A DNA stretch of 64,000 nucleotides from Azolla caroliniana (Eukaryota; Plantae; Polypodiophyta): contig JBHGNT010000005.1 of assembly GCA_043228905.1 (NCBI GenBank), positions 11,098,001 to 11,162,000 of the forward strand, in the 5' to 3' direction. The stretch's first letter is position 1. Each line of letters opens with the position of its first letter. The translations under genes were made by a program, and so were the position numbers. The notes beneath the pieces were generated by a model. The model made no database searches. It saw only the letters and a list, made by a program, of their open reading frames with translations, and was not told the origin of the DNA. Shown piece by piece: positions 13,305 through 25,996 of the stretch.

Positions 13305-13344
13305 TGGCACGCCCGTGGGACAGTACCTTGTACGTCGAATCCAC
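13305..13344 (-). promoter_or_regulatory. Bipartite tRNA-Arg(UCU)-like sequence at the PPT position (inverted PBS)
   Basis: Element sense: GTGGATTCGA-cgtacaaggtact-GTCCCACGGGCGTGCCA-tg-LTR. Confidence 0.8.
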
Positions 13345-13357
13345 CATCCGACCCTTG

Positions 13358-16340
13358 CTATTTTTCATCCAAAATATCCAGAATGCTTTGTTCGAGAGTC
13401 TCCAATGGTTCATCTAGAATTGGTTGTTGTGGTTGCTGCTGCTGCTGTTGCTGCCCCGTTGATGGCTGCTGCGACTGGTCCGTTGGTGGCTGCTGCGGCT
13501 GCTCCTCCGTTTGTTGCTCTGACACCGGCGTTTCCGTTGTTGCTCCCTCCGTCGTAGTGGTCTCCGGTTGACTGATTCCGGCCTGGCCCTCGGCCGGCGA
13601 CGGTTCCTCATCACTAAGGTTAACCGTTGCCGCTTCCCGTGCTTTTTCTTCCCGAACCCGGGACCGCTCGTAGCTCTCAAACTGGATTTGAGCATCCAGC
13701 CTATCATCGTCTAGCTGAGCTACGAGTTGTCGGACCTGCACCAACTGTTCATCCGCCAGGACTTGGAAGTCTTCAGCTAGCTCGTCCCGTATGGCGGTGA
13801 AGTCCTCGGAACAATCATCTCCTTCCTTCCGCCGGTTTTCCACGCCTTCCTGTAGCAATTGGAGTTCCGCCGTATTTTGTGCCCACTTTGTCCACCATCT
13901 TACGGAGCTTTCGTCAATCAAGTGTTTTGTCTGATTCAACCATGCCCGGAGGATGCACTGAATCCGACCCGTTCCCATCTGCAATTTGATCTCCGCAGCT
14001 TGCCGTTCCTCCTTCAATTGCTTGATGATTATGACGTTGTCTTCCGCCTGCTCCTTGTAATGCGTCAATTGCCCTTGATATGTGCTTTGTAATTTTTGCA
14101 ATACCGTTGACGCTCTCTCCCTTTCTTCCTGCTGCTGCCTCTAGAGCTCCATCCGAACCTTCTCCGCCTCGTCCAACCATCTTGTATTTTCCGCTCGTTC
14201 GTCAGCGAGCACCGTCGCGGCCCGATCAACTTCCTGTTGGAGCTCTGCCATCCGTTCCTTATGCTCCATTTCCAGCCGTTTGTAGTCTCAGTGCAGGTGC
14301 TCAAAATGATCTGTCTTTTGCTTGAGCCGTACGTTGAGCTGTCGACGAGCCCGATCCTCGCGGTCCTTCTGCTGGCGGAGCTCCTCCTTTAGCCGTTCAA
14401 TTTCCGTTTTCGCCGTCTTCCGCAGCTTGTCCTTTTCCTGCAGCACTTTGTCTTTTTCCTCCCTTAACCGGTCATATGCTTGATGGCCTTTCCGGAGGCT
14501 CTCCTCTGCCCGGTGGAGGTTCTCAGCAGTCTTCTTTAATTCTGCTTCGGCCACTGTCTTCAATTCACGTTCACGGCTCCTTAGCGCTTCTTGTGCGGCA
14601 AGTTCATCTCTCAATTCCGCAAGCTCCTGGGCTTGCGCCGCATCTCTCTCTGCAACGGTTTTCGTTGCCGGGGTCTTATTAGTATATACAGGTTGGTTTG
14701 TTTCTTTATTCTGTACACTTACTGGAGTCACCGGTGATTGGATCTGTGTTGCCCTTAAGGCCATTTTGGCCATTTCTGCCGTGACCTGATCCAAGTCTTT
14801 TTCAAGGCACCGGATTCTGGACCGGGCCGTCTCTAGTTGTTCGGTTGTGACGAGCAACCGTTCTCTTTGCGCTCTTTCTTTCGCCTCAATATACCCCACT
14901 GCTCCGGCAATCTGTTCGCCTATCCACCGGAGCCACATGCTACTGGTGCATTGTTGTTGCGCTTGCACGGAGGTTTGACGGATGGGCTCGCTTGTGGGTG
15001 GGTGGTCTCGCCTAATTGTGCCGAGTTGCAATTCCGTTTCTGCCCGTGGACCACCCTGCTGTCCTGGTTCCCCTTGCGCTTCTTCTTGGTTGGCCGAGGG
15101 AGGCTGCATTGACCTTTTCGGCTCTGGCGGAATGGGACTTGCCCGTGCTGCCGGTGGTGCAGCGGCTTCTGATTCTGGTGCCATGCGCACCAGTTCCGGT
15201 TCCTCCCTTGGCGCGGGAGTCTCAATATGGGGAGCCGGTGTTCCCTCCGTCTGAGGGTCCGAACGTTTCCCAGCTGCCTCAACGGTCCTTGCCAACGACC
15301 GTCGCTGGAGGCGCTCCGTAGGCTCCTCCTCTATTTCCTCCTCCTGAGTCCCGACATTGAGTTTCGCCGCCAAGGGGTCCGCTTCTCTATTCACCGGTCG
15401 GTGGAGTGTAATCATTACGGGCCAATACCGGTGGTTCCTCCTGCGCATCCGTTGGCCGCTTCCGGCTGGCGCTCTCCTTTCCCGTCTGTTTTGCGTCCGC
15501 CGTCTTCCCCTTAGTGGCCTTAGAGGCCAACAACTGTTGTCTTTTGGAAGCAGTCTTTGGGGTGCCGTCCGCCACTCTTCCCCGCTTCTTGGGTTGGACG
15601 GGCTGGACGGGTGGCACAAGCAAGGTGAGCCACTGCGTTACTACGTGCCATATCCTCCGTCCGTCTCGGCCTTCTTTGCTGTCTTTTCCTCTGACGATCT
15701 CGATCGCCGCACACAAACCGTCTGCGATCAATACCAGCCAATCCACCTTGATCCCTTCATAGGTGGCGATGATCATCCCTACCCGGTTCTGCGGCATGAC
15801 AGGGGGTCTAGGGTACACATGGCCGTATTCATGGAGCACACGGGCAATCTCACGGAACAACATATCTCCGCCGCCCTGTGTCCGGTAGCCCTTGCTAGCT
15901 AGGGAGTAGTCACCAAAATACTTGATGAGTTGCTCCGAGGTCGGATTGTCAATCGTGAATATGCCTCCCTCCAGAAGGCCTGTTAACGCACAGATCGCCT
16001 CATCCGTTATGACCTCTGTGTCGATTTCTTTGATCACCTTGTCGGCTTCTTTGTGTGGCAGTGCCTCCATAATCGTCAAGAAGCCCTCGAGCCCGTGTTG
16101 CTTTAGCCATTTCTTGGCGGCTTCCGACAGTGTTTGCGGGTCCATGTCTGTGTCGAGGTCGGATTGTGGTGGCGAGGTTGGATGGTGATGAGAGTGAGAG
16201 TGAGAGAGAGAGAGTTCAGAAAGCGGGGGTTGTCTGTGCATAGGTTCTCGTCTGGTGATCTGCCAACACCTTGGTGCTTCTATGCTCCTGGGTTCGCGAA
16301 AGTAGAAGGTCTCCATGCGCTGTGGTTTTTCTTTGTCCAT
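13358..16340 (-). pseudogene. Accessory (extra) ORF of roughly 950 codons, frameshifted: globular N-terminal domain, basic NLS-like PKKRGR, long coiled coil, polyQ linker, ILDIL C-terminus
   Basis: Overlapping ORFs 15387-16439, 14288-15619, 14065-14304 and 13358-14101; homologous to 31236-34070 (e.g. GMIIATYEGIKVDW vs GIIIDTFEGHAVDW). Confidence 0.8.
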
Positions 16341-16388
16341 TCTGGCGCCTTTTTCGAGCATGTGCACGTCGCTGCAAAAACAGGAATC

Positions 16389-16398
16389 GTGGTTGCCA
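16389..16398 (-). promoter_or_regulatory. Short PBS TGGCAACCAC (tRNA-Arg(UCG)-like, one mismatch)
   Basis: 7 nt inside the 5' LTR; same context (cagtttt-TGG...gattc) as 3009-3025. Confidence 0.6.
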
Positions 16399-16405
16399 AA
16401 AACTG

Positions 16406-16839
16406 TGTTAACTCTTAGGGCCGGACAATGGCCTAACACAGGGTGTCTACGGAAGACACTTCACCAAAGGGGTGTTACGGCAAGAGGATTAGGCTCAACG
16501 ATTAATCCGACTTAATTAGGTTACTTAGCAAGATCGTCCTTAATAATCACACGCGTAAGATATAACAATGAATGCAGAACGGCAATTAACACAGAGAGAT
16601 AAAAACACTAAGCTTCATTAATTATCCGCTGCTCATTACATTGTATCCGGGCCTTTAAATAGGTTTCCGGTTTGTAGTACAAAACGGTGCCATCCGCACC
16701 TGTTCGGGATCGGTCCGGATCCGGAACGGCATACCGATTCCGGTCCGTCCGTCCACACTAATAGCTTACTTACAACCATTGCTAATAATTAAATAACTCC
16801 TTCGTTTCACACTCTGGACTCCTTTGCCGGCCTGTAACA
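16406..16839 (-). repeat. 5' LTR
   Basis: TGTTA...TAACA; TATTTAAA on the minus strand near 16655. Confidence 0.95.
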
Positions 16840-16920
16840 AGTATTTTACTACTCAGTTGTGGCCGACCAATATTTCACGCGTTTCTCTACAAACTGGTAT
16901 CAGAGCGAACAACACAGAAA

Positions 16921-19900
16921 ATGGAAGATTCTTTTGGCAGCATGTTCAAGTTCACCGGCTCCAATTACTCAGTGTGGAAGTCGAAGATGAGGGACATGCT
17001 GGTGGTTAAAGATCTTTGGCTGTCGGTTCAGTTTGGGGACAAGAGACCGGATAAAATCGACGCCACGGTGTGGGAGGTGATGCACATGAAGACCATGGCA
17101 TACATACGGTGCTTCATTGACATGAGCCTGTACAACAACTTCAATGAAGAGAGCAAGGCTCATGAACTCTGGGAGAAGATCAGCATCATGTTCCAAAACA
17201 AGAATGTCGTTAATCGGGTTTCGGTATTTCGGAAGCTAGTGAGGCTCCGGTACCAAGACGGCTCCAGTATGGTGGAGTATATGAATGCCTTCCAGGGTCT
17301 GATACACCAACAAACCTTGTTGGAAGTACCTCTCGCAGATGAGGTACTTGCTCTACTCCTGCTTGGTTCCCTCCCGGATAGCTGGGAGACATGAGTTGTC
17401 ACGTTGGGCCGGAAGGAAAACATCTATCCCTAGCAAGGGTCAAGTCGAGCTTGCTAGATGAGGAGGCGTGTCGGAAAGACAAGGAGGTGATCTCCAACGC
17501 CAAAGCCCTCCTTACTGAATCGGAACGCGGAAGACAAAGGAATCAGAGTCCCCAGAACTGGGAAAAGTCGGGGACACGGTCAAAGTCAAGGGGGAGGCCC
17601 ACTTGCTTCTATTGTGGCAAGCCGGGGCACTTCCAGAAGAACTGTTGGCATCTCCGGAAGGACAAGGGAACCGACAGTACCAATTCGAAGAAGTTACCGG
17701 ACCGAAGTGGTTCGGATTGGCAAGGCCCGGACTGGAAGGGAACGACGGCGATCACGGCAAGTGAAGAAGAACTCATGCTTATCACCGAGGAGAGTGAATT
17801 GAACATTGTCGTTGACGAGATAACGTGGGTTGTCAATTCCGAAGCGTTGTTCCATCTTACCCCGGACCGGAAATGCTTCTCATCGTACACAGCCGATGAG
17901 CACGGCTATGTCCGGATGGGGAATGAAGGCACATGCCGAATTATTGGCATAGGAGATGTGCTATTGACAACATCAACCGGATGTAAGTTGCTGCTGAAGG
18001 ATGTACGACATGTTCTGGAGGTTCGACTGAACTTGATATCAGCTGGTCAACTAGATGATGAAGGCTACACAGGTAGCATTCGGAACGGTGTCATGAAGTT
18101 CTGCAAAGGGAGCTTAATAGTGGCTCGAGCCCGGAAGGTCAACACGTTGTACTTGATGAATGCTCGGATATGCCGGGAAGAAGTGAACACCAAACTTGGC
18201 ATGTGCGAGCATGCTCGGATATGCCGACACTGCCGGTGAGTTGTGCCACAAGAGACTGTGTCACATGAGTGAGAAGGGGATGAAGAAGCTTGCTGAAGAC
18301 AACCTTATTTTGATGAAGGAAGTGCAACTTGTGAAGTGCACCGACTGCCTGGCCGACAAGCAAAACTGCACCTCCTTCCGGTCAAGACGACCGATGAGAC
18401 GGAATGCACCACTGGAGCTAGTGCATACCGATGTGTGTCAAGTAGACACGAAGTCACATGCTGGATCGCAGTACTTCGTGACATTCATAGATGACCATAG
18501 CCAGAAATTGTGGGTCTCACCATTGAAAACGAAGAATCAAGTGTTATCCGTCTTCAAGGAGCTCCAAGCGAGAGTGGAAAGAGAAACCGGTCGGAAGCTG
18601 AAGGCGGTTTGAGCAGATAACGGAGGAGAATACCGAGGGCAGTTCGAGGAGTATTGTCGGTTGAAGGCAATCCGGCTCGAATTCACCGTGTTGAAGACGC
18701 CAGAACTAAACGGGCTGGCCGAAAGGATGAACCAGACCATAATGGAGAGAGTCTGGAGCATGCTCGCACATGCCAAGTTACCCATGACGTTTTGGGCTGA
18801 GGCGTTGACGACGGTGACCTATATGATAAACAGATCACCTTCAGTACCCTTGGGAGGAGACTCACCCTAGAAAGTATGGATCGGTAAGGATGTGTGTTAC
18901 TGACATCTGAAGGTGTTCAGGTGTCTCACATATGTGCATGTGGCGAAGGACAAGAGAGCAAAGTTGGATCCAAAGTCCCGGCCATGCATATTCCTTGGAT
19001 ACGGCGATAATGAGTTCGGTTACCGAGTGTGGGATCTGGTCGATAGAAAGGTGTTCCAGAGTCGGGACATAGTCTTCATGGAAGACAGGACCATTGCTAA
19101 CTGGGAGTCGAAGAAAAAGGCAACGAACTCCGGGTCATCCATTGAAAACTAGCTTGAGGACAAAAGGATATACCCGGTGAAAACCGGATGCCAGCCAGTA
19201 ATCGGATGACACTCAACGAACTAGTTGAATTCACACAAGAAACCGAACCGATCGAAGAACAAGAAGAACAAGACCAAACCAAACCAAACCGGACAAGATC
19301 CCAAATCGGATTCAGATTCGGAATAGACGGAGGAACCGACAGTTAGAAACCAAGGACGGAGATATCCCCTCCGGAAGAGAAGAGCCCCCCGAAGATTTCC
19401 GGATGCAGAGCATGTGTTGCTAATCAATGAGGGGGAGCCGGAAAATTTTGAAGAAGCAAAGGGGGACACCCACAACTGCAAGTGGTTGAGAGCCATGCAG
19501 GACGAGATGGATTCCCTGCATGAGAACCACACATACGAATTGGTGGAGTTGCCGAAAGGAAAGAGGGCACTTCGGAACAAGTGGGTGTACAAGCTGAAAC
19601 TGGGAGACGCCGGAAATCCACCAAGGTATAAGGCCTGAATTGTGGTGAAGGGATTCCAGTAGAAGAAAGGAGTGGACATCCATCCGGACGGTATTGGGCA
19701 TAGCGGCAAGCATGGACCTTGAGGTAGAGCAATTGGACATCAAAACGGCATTCCTACATGGAGACCTCAAAGAAGATATCTACATGCATCAACCGGAAGG
19801 ATTTGAGAAGAAAGGGAAGGAGCACCTGGTGTGTCGGCTGAAGAAGAGCTTATACGGATTGAAGCAGGCTCCCCGGCAATGGTACCGAAAGTTCGAGTCC

Positions 19901-20894
19901 TTCATGACCGATCAAGGGTACCACAAGACGCAAGCCAATCATTGTGTGTTTGTGAAGAAATTTGATGGAGGAGATTTCCAGATATTGCTCCTGTCAATGA
20001 AAGACTTGGGTCCGGCAAGACAGATACTAGGGATGCACATCATCCAGGACCGATCGAAGAAGCAATTGTGGCTGTCACAGGAATAGTACGTAACAAAGGT
20101 GCTTTAGTGGTTCAACATGTCAAAAGCAAAACTGGTTGGATCAACACTCTTGGCAAACTACAGATTATCAAGTAAGCAAAGCCTGAAGACAAAGGCAGAG
20201 AAGGCGGATATGATGAAGATTCCATATGCCTCTGCGGTTGGGAGCCTGATGTACGCAATGGTGTGTACTTGACCGGATATTCAATACGCAGTTGGAGTGG
20301 TGAGTCGGTTCATGACCAACCCCGAAAAAGAACATTGGAATGCAGTGAAATGGATACTTCGGTACTTGAAGGCCACTTCGAGTATGTGCCTCCGATTCGG
20401 CTTCGGTAAAGCCCTCATGGAAGGATTTACCGATTCAAATATGTCGGCTGATGTAATGACACCAGCCGGTCTACATTCGGATATGTAATGACTTATGCAG
20501 GGGGAGCCGTTTCGTGGCAGTCGAGGCTGCAGAAGACAGTTGTGTTGTCAACCATGGAGGTAGAGTACATGGCAGCCCTGGAGGCCAGCAAGGAAATATT
20601 ATGGATGAAGGTCTTTATCGGAGAGCTAGGGATCTAGCAAGAGGAATACCGGCTCCACTGCGACAGTCAAGGTGCCATCCACCTTGCAAAGAACGCGGCA
20701 TACCATTCTAGAACGAACCACATCCAGCGCAAGTACCATTGGATCTGGGAGTTAGTGGAAGATTGAGAGTTCGTGCTGACGAAGATCCACATGAAGGAAA
20801 ACGGGTCGGATATGCTGACTAAGGTGCTGACACCCGACAAGTTGGACGCATGGCGGAAGCAAATCGGCCTTACAAGACATCCCACACTAGAGTG
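16921..20894 (+). pseudogene. gag-pol: Tork-like gag-pol with many stops, frameshifts and deletions
   Basis: MFKFTGSNYSVWKSKM gag, CFYCGKPGHFQKNC, VHTDVC, LKKSLYGLKQAPRQWY. Confidence 0.92.
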
Positions 20895-20905
20895 AAGGGG
20901 GAGAT

Positions 20906-21491
20906 TGTTGGGAAATCAATCTCTCTGAATGGGATCCGGTGAGGAATAAAGAGGACCCAGTGAGAATCGGAAGAGATCTGAAAACCAGAGGAGAGATGGT
21001 GAGAACCGGAAGAGATCCAGAAACCGGATCGGTGGACCCGGTGAGAGCCGGAAGAGAAGACTGACTTGTAAATATGTCTTGAATAAGCCCATTGAGATTA
21101 TATTTGTAAATAGCCCTAAGTTCATATAACTATAAATATGAGTTAGGGCAATCACTTTAATTCATGTTGTTGTCATGTTGCTGTAATTGTTGTACAGAGA
21201 GGGAGAGAGAGAGAGATACAGAGTGATACTCTGTTGTAACCGCCACTGTGCGAAGAAACAGAGCTCGAGGGCGTTGCCTCTGTGTCTTTGATTGTACCCC
21301 CTTTCTCTTCATAGTGATAGTTCGGAGTCTGTGGGCTCCCATGGTTTTTTCCCTATTAGGGTTTTCCATGTAAACATCTAGTGTCATTTCTCCTTTTGTG
21401 TACTCTCCATTTCCCATTTCTGTGTTTGATTCTTAAAGAAGTATTTTACTCTTCAGTTGTGGCCGAGCGATATTCCGCACGTTTCTCTACA
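20906..21491 (+). repeat. 3' LTR of Tork element 1 (586 bp)
   Basis: Matches 12346-12868 plus 16845-16891. Confidence 0.92.
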
Positions 21492-22790
21492 TTATGCTTC
21501 TCCTCAAGCATTGCCCTGGCCTCTTCCACTATGGTCCGGTTCTTCTGCTCGGCCACGCAGTTTTGCTCCAGCGTGTATCTATAGAAGAATTCGCTTTGAG
21601 TTCCCTCCTTCTACAGATATCTTGAAATTTGGTCGAAAAAGTCCTCTTTTCGGCCATCAGTCCGGAGGCACTTGATCTTTCTTCCACTCTCCTATTTGGC
21701 AAGAATCTTCACCTTAAGAAAAACATGAGAAGACTTCACTTTTCTTCTCGATCGAGATCACCTAGGTGTCCCGATTGTAGTCATCGATGAATGTTACTAA
21801 GTAACGACTCCCACCAATACTCACGTTCTGCGCCGGTGGCCATTCTAACCATTGAATTGTAGCAAGCCGAAAACCAGATGTTTCACTTGCATCTCCTAAA
21901 TCTTGGGGAAGTTGACGTGGCCGACTCGCTTATGCCATAGGTTGATATCTGATTCGACCTTTTGCCCTACGGAAAACATAGTGGTGCCAACATTGTTTGT
22001 TTTGAGGATGAACAATCTCCCTTACCAGTTTCTTTGCGCACTAATTTGGCCTTCTTCTTCAATGAAGCACCCGAGGTGAGTGAACCGAACCTGCATTCCC
22101 TGATTGATGATCTATCCTGTTGACACCAGATGCCTCCATTGCGTGCCGACCCAACTCCTCGTCCACGACCATGGGGGCGATTTGCCTCTATGTACAACAT
22201 CTTGTTGTTGGCGTGCATGCTTGTAGACGCATCCATGTGGTTTTCTTTAACGAGAAGCATCAACTGCAACTTGAAGAAGGAAGACATATTCTCTCTCATG
22301 CAGATCACTGTTCGGAATGATCCCAATCTAGACACTAGCCATTTAATGTAGAATTGCACCATTTCGTCCTCCTCAACAGTCACGTTGAGGAGGCAAGGAA
22401 GTCACAGATCTCCTTGATCCAGGCACTGTAATCGTCCACAAACATATCTTCCTCTCGAACATTGTTGAGCTCCTCTTTGAGCTGCAACTTCCTAGCCATT
22501 CTGATCGTGGGGAAAATCCATTTGAGATTCGTCCATGCTTCTTTTGGCATCTTGGCATCCCGAATGTAGCTCAAAAGTTGGTCACTCACACAAGACACGA
22601 AGCAATACATCACCTTGCCCGTTTCCTTCTTCGTATGTGTCAAATCCGAAGGCTGCCTAATTTGCTCCTTCGACGTAACTGTAGTACCTGTACCCAAGTA
22701 GGTATTGGTGCATCTTGTTCAACCAAGATGCATTGTTGCTCCTGTCAAGGTTTTCTATTGGAAGTGAGCTTCCCATGCCTCTATCCATGT
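21492..22790 (-). pseudogene. gag-pol: Copia A gag and integrase remnants
   Basis: ORFs 21967-22383 and 22380-22697; continues the integrase interrupted at 12345. Confidence 0.85.
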
Positions 22791-24190
22791 TTTGGTCTTT
22801 TCTTCTCCGAGAAATACAGGCTCGTCTCTATGCTAGTTCACATGTCACTTGCAAAAGATTCTTCTAACCCTTTTGCTCTGATGCCATGTAAATTTAGATT
22901 ACATGTGTGGAAGCGTTATGTGCGAACAAAGATGTAAAAGAATACGTGTGCGGAACCGTATGCGAAAGACACAAAGTATACGGTTCGAAAGTACGATAGT
23001 TCAGTAAAACGCAGAAAACAAAACTATATTCAAGATAATTCTATGTATGTTCTCTGTGTGCATACTTTATGCTCTGTGAGCACCTTTTATACAAGCCCTG
23101 ACTATTGGGCTGACACAAGTACTTAGAGTTCTTGACCGCTCATAAATGAGCATCCTACACTTACTCCCAAAATTATTCCTTATGAGGAATAACATTCAAA
23201 TGGCCTCTCGGTTTACACACCGCTACAACCATATTGTGCGTATGGTTTTACGTACCCAGTCTACTCACTGGGTTACGCACCCGTTTACGCACCCAATGTT
23301 GAGCTTGTCTCTCAACACTTGAGATTCGCCCACGCATCCTTTGGCGTCTTAGCATCCCGAATGTAGCTCAAGAGTTGGTCGCTCACACAGGACGCGAAGC
23401 AATAAAAAACTCTACTTACCGCTTGTTCCCAAGCCAAAAAATCTCTATGTGTCGATTCAGGTGTTTTATCATTAGCTCCTTCAACATAACTCTAGTAACC
23501 ATGACCAAGTAGGTACTGGTGCATCTTGTACGACCAAGATGTGTAGTTGCTCATGTAGAACTTCTCAGTTGGTAGCAAGCTTCCCATTCCTCTGTCCATA
23601 TTACTATCTTATCCTTTCCGAAAACAATAACTTAACTCTGTCTTTATCACAAGCTTTTATGTTAGCTACAAAGGAGTCTCAATCCTCACACTTTGACACC
23701 ATGTAAAAGAATACGTGTGCGAAAGACATAGAGTACACGGTTCGGAAGTGTTACCGATTAGGAACACATGCCACCCTCAATCCTTCAGGGTAGCTTACAA
23801 GGTGACTGTGGTGCAAGGGAATAGGAATGCGTATTACGTGATCGATAGGGTGTAAGGAATAGACGGCTACAACCTAACCTTTATAGGGGCGTAGCACCCA
23901 ACGCGTACTTACCTTGTGTTTGCTGCAACACAGTCATATATAGAGAACGAGACACGGAAACAAGAGACCAATAGGCCAATAGACAGAACACCAAGATTAG
24001 AGAAGATAAACTAATATTAAAACGGCACTCTCATAATACGCTAGCCCTTTACAATGGTCTCTCGCCCTTTATATACACAGGGCTTCCAATCGGTTATGCT
24101 CCCTGCATACAACCGTTGCACGTTACTTTAATATAATACTCTATTCTCCATGCGTTATGTCCGGCGGTTACAATTCCGACGAACAACAAC

Positions 24191-24230
24191 TGCCACGCCT
24201 GTGGGACAGTGCCATGGCACGTCGAACCCA
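24191..24230 (-). promoter_or_regulatory. Bipartite tRNA-Arg(UCU)-like sequence at the PPT position
   Basis: Element sense TGGGTTCGA-cgtgccatggcact-GTCCCACAGGCGTGGCA-gt-LTR (CCA reads GCA here). Confidence 0.75.
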
Positions 24231-25996
24231 TCCGCTTCCTATTCGTCGCCCAAAATGTCGAGGATGTTTGGCTCCGTTCGTTCATCATGCACCGGAGGCG
24301 GAGTGATGTCCGTAGGTGCTTCGCTGGTACGCTCGGTTGGTGCATTGGTTTACGTGTTGTCCTCATCACATGGCTTCGTTCGTTTGCCATGCATCGGAGA
24401 TGGCGTGATGTCCGTAGCTGCTTTGTTGTTTGCCTTGGTTGGTGCGTCGGTCTTCGTGTTGACTTCTTCACACGGTCTCGTCGTGGTGGGCTCAGTAGGT
24501 ATGTTGTACGGGACATTTCCTTGTGGCTCTGGCGATGGATCTTCTTGGCGTGGACAGGCGTCTGGGCGCTGCTCCTCTCCGCTCGTAACGACCGCAGGGC
24601 TGCTCGATGTAGTTGTTTCCTCCGGTGCGTCATTTGGGTTAGGCTCGCGCTCATTGTGTTTGGCGGAGTCGTTGTCTGGTACTATTATTGCTTCCACCCC
24701 TTTCAATTCCTCCGCCCTCTGACTCTTGCTGCCGAGCTCCATTAGTAGGTTGAGGATGTCTTCCTAACTTTCCCCAAAATCTTCTAGCAGCTGCGTGAGT
24801 TCTTTAGAGTGTTGATCAACGAGCGTTTGATAATCCTGCGTGAGGTCCTCCCTGTTGGGAAATCAATCCCTCTGGATGGGATATGGTTATGAATGAAGAA
24901 GACCTATTGAGAACCGGAAGGATCCGGAAACCGGATCGGATGGGCCTGATGAGAACCGGAAGAGAAGATATATTTGTAAATATGTCTTGAGTAAGCCTAT
25001 TGAGGCTATATTTGTAAATAGCCCTAAGTTCATATAACTATAAATATGACTTAGGGCAATCACTTAGAAATGTGTTGTTGTCATATTGTTGTATGTGTAT
25101 TACTGTTGTATAGAGAGTAATAGATACAGTGAGAGAGGAGATACAGAGCAGAACTATGTTGTAACCACCACATGGCTGTCGGTTCAGTTCGGGGACAAGA
25201 GACCGTATAAGATCGATGCCACAGTGTGGGAGGTGATGCACATGAAGACGATGACATAGATCCGGTGCTTCATCGACATGAGCCTGTACAACAACTTAAA
25301 TGAAGAGAGCAAGGCTCATGAACTCTGGGAGAAGATCGACATCATGTTCGAGAACAAGAATGTTGTTAATCGGGTTTCGGTATTCCGGATGCTCGTGAGG
25401 CTCCGGTACTAGGACAACTCCAATATGGTGGAGCACATGAATGCATTTTTCTAATAGAATACTATCTTCTCTTATTTCTATGCATATCTGTGGTTTTCTC
25501 TGTTGCGTATTGTTAATCGTAAGGGTGTAGGCGTAAGTGCGGATACTAGTGCACTTCCTAAGGAGTTTAGGTTTTAGTCATCTCCCTTATACGCTACTAG
25601 GATATGAGGGAGTATCCCATTACGATTCATGGTACAACGGTTCTATTCCTTGTAAGACAGTCACCTTGAGGTCTACGTCGAAGGACTGAGCGTAGACAGT
25701 GTTCCTAATCAGTAACACTTTTGGCATGCCTAGGGCTCTGTGATTTCTCACAGACAAACAGCAAGGGATGGATGTCTAGTCATAAACGGCCCAGAGAACT
25801 GACCAGACAAGTCCGAGCACTCACGAGGTCCATCACATGCCAGACAAAGGAGTGTGCAAGGCAGAAACCTCGCCTCAGTGATATTTGTCTAGACCACAAA
25901 GTTGACTCCACGCTCACCCAACACCGCAACGTCAAGCAGGAAGTTCTGTCACCACACAAGTACTGTGATCTTTCCCTGCCCACCATCGCATCCTGA

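Larger units (their letters stand above)
12869..16839 (-). mobile_element. Non-autonomous gypsy-family LTR element carrying only an accessory ORF
   Basis: Two 434-bp LTRs with about 12 differences counted by eye; perfect TSD AGTAT (12864-12868, 16840-16844); the empty site is visible in the partner Tork LTR near 21440; no gag/RT/INT motifs inside. Confidence 0.92.
12346..21491 (+). mobile_element. Ty1/copia Tork/Tnt1-like element 1
   Basis: 5' LTR 12346-16891 (interrupted), PBS TGGTATCAGAGC at 16895-16906, PPT GAAGGGGGAGA, 3' LTR 20906-21491, TSD GTATG/TTATG (one mismatch). Confidence 0.92.

Noticed and set aside
12869-16839. Reading the element in + orientation, with a normal PBS at 13305 and an antisense ORF
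   Set aside because: In homologous element D the same module lies downstream of sense gag-pol. The TATA orientation and the second PBS at 16389-16398 give minus orientation, and neither end has a PPT.
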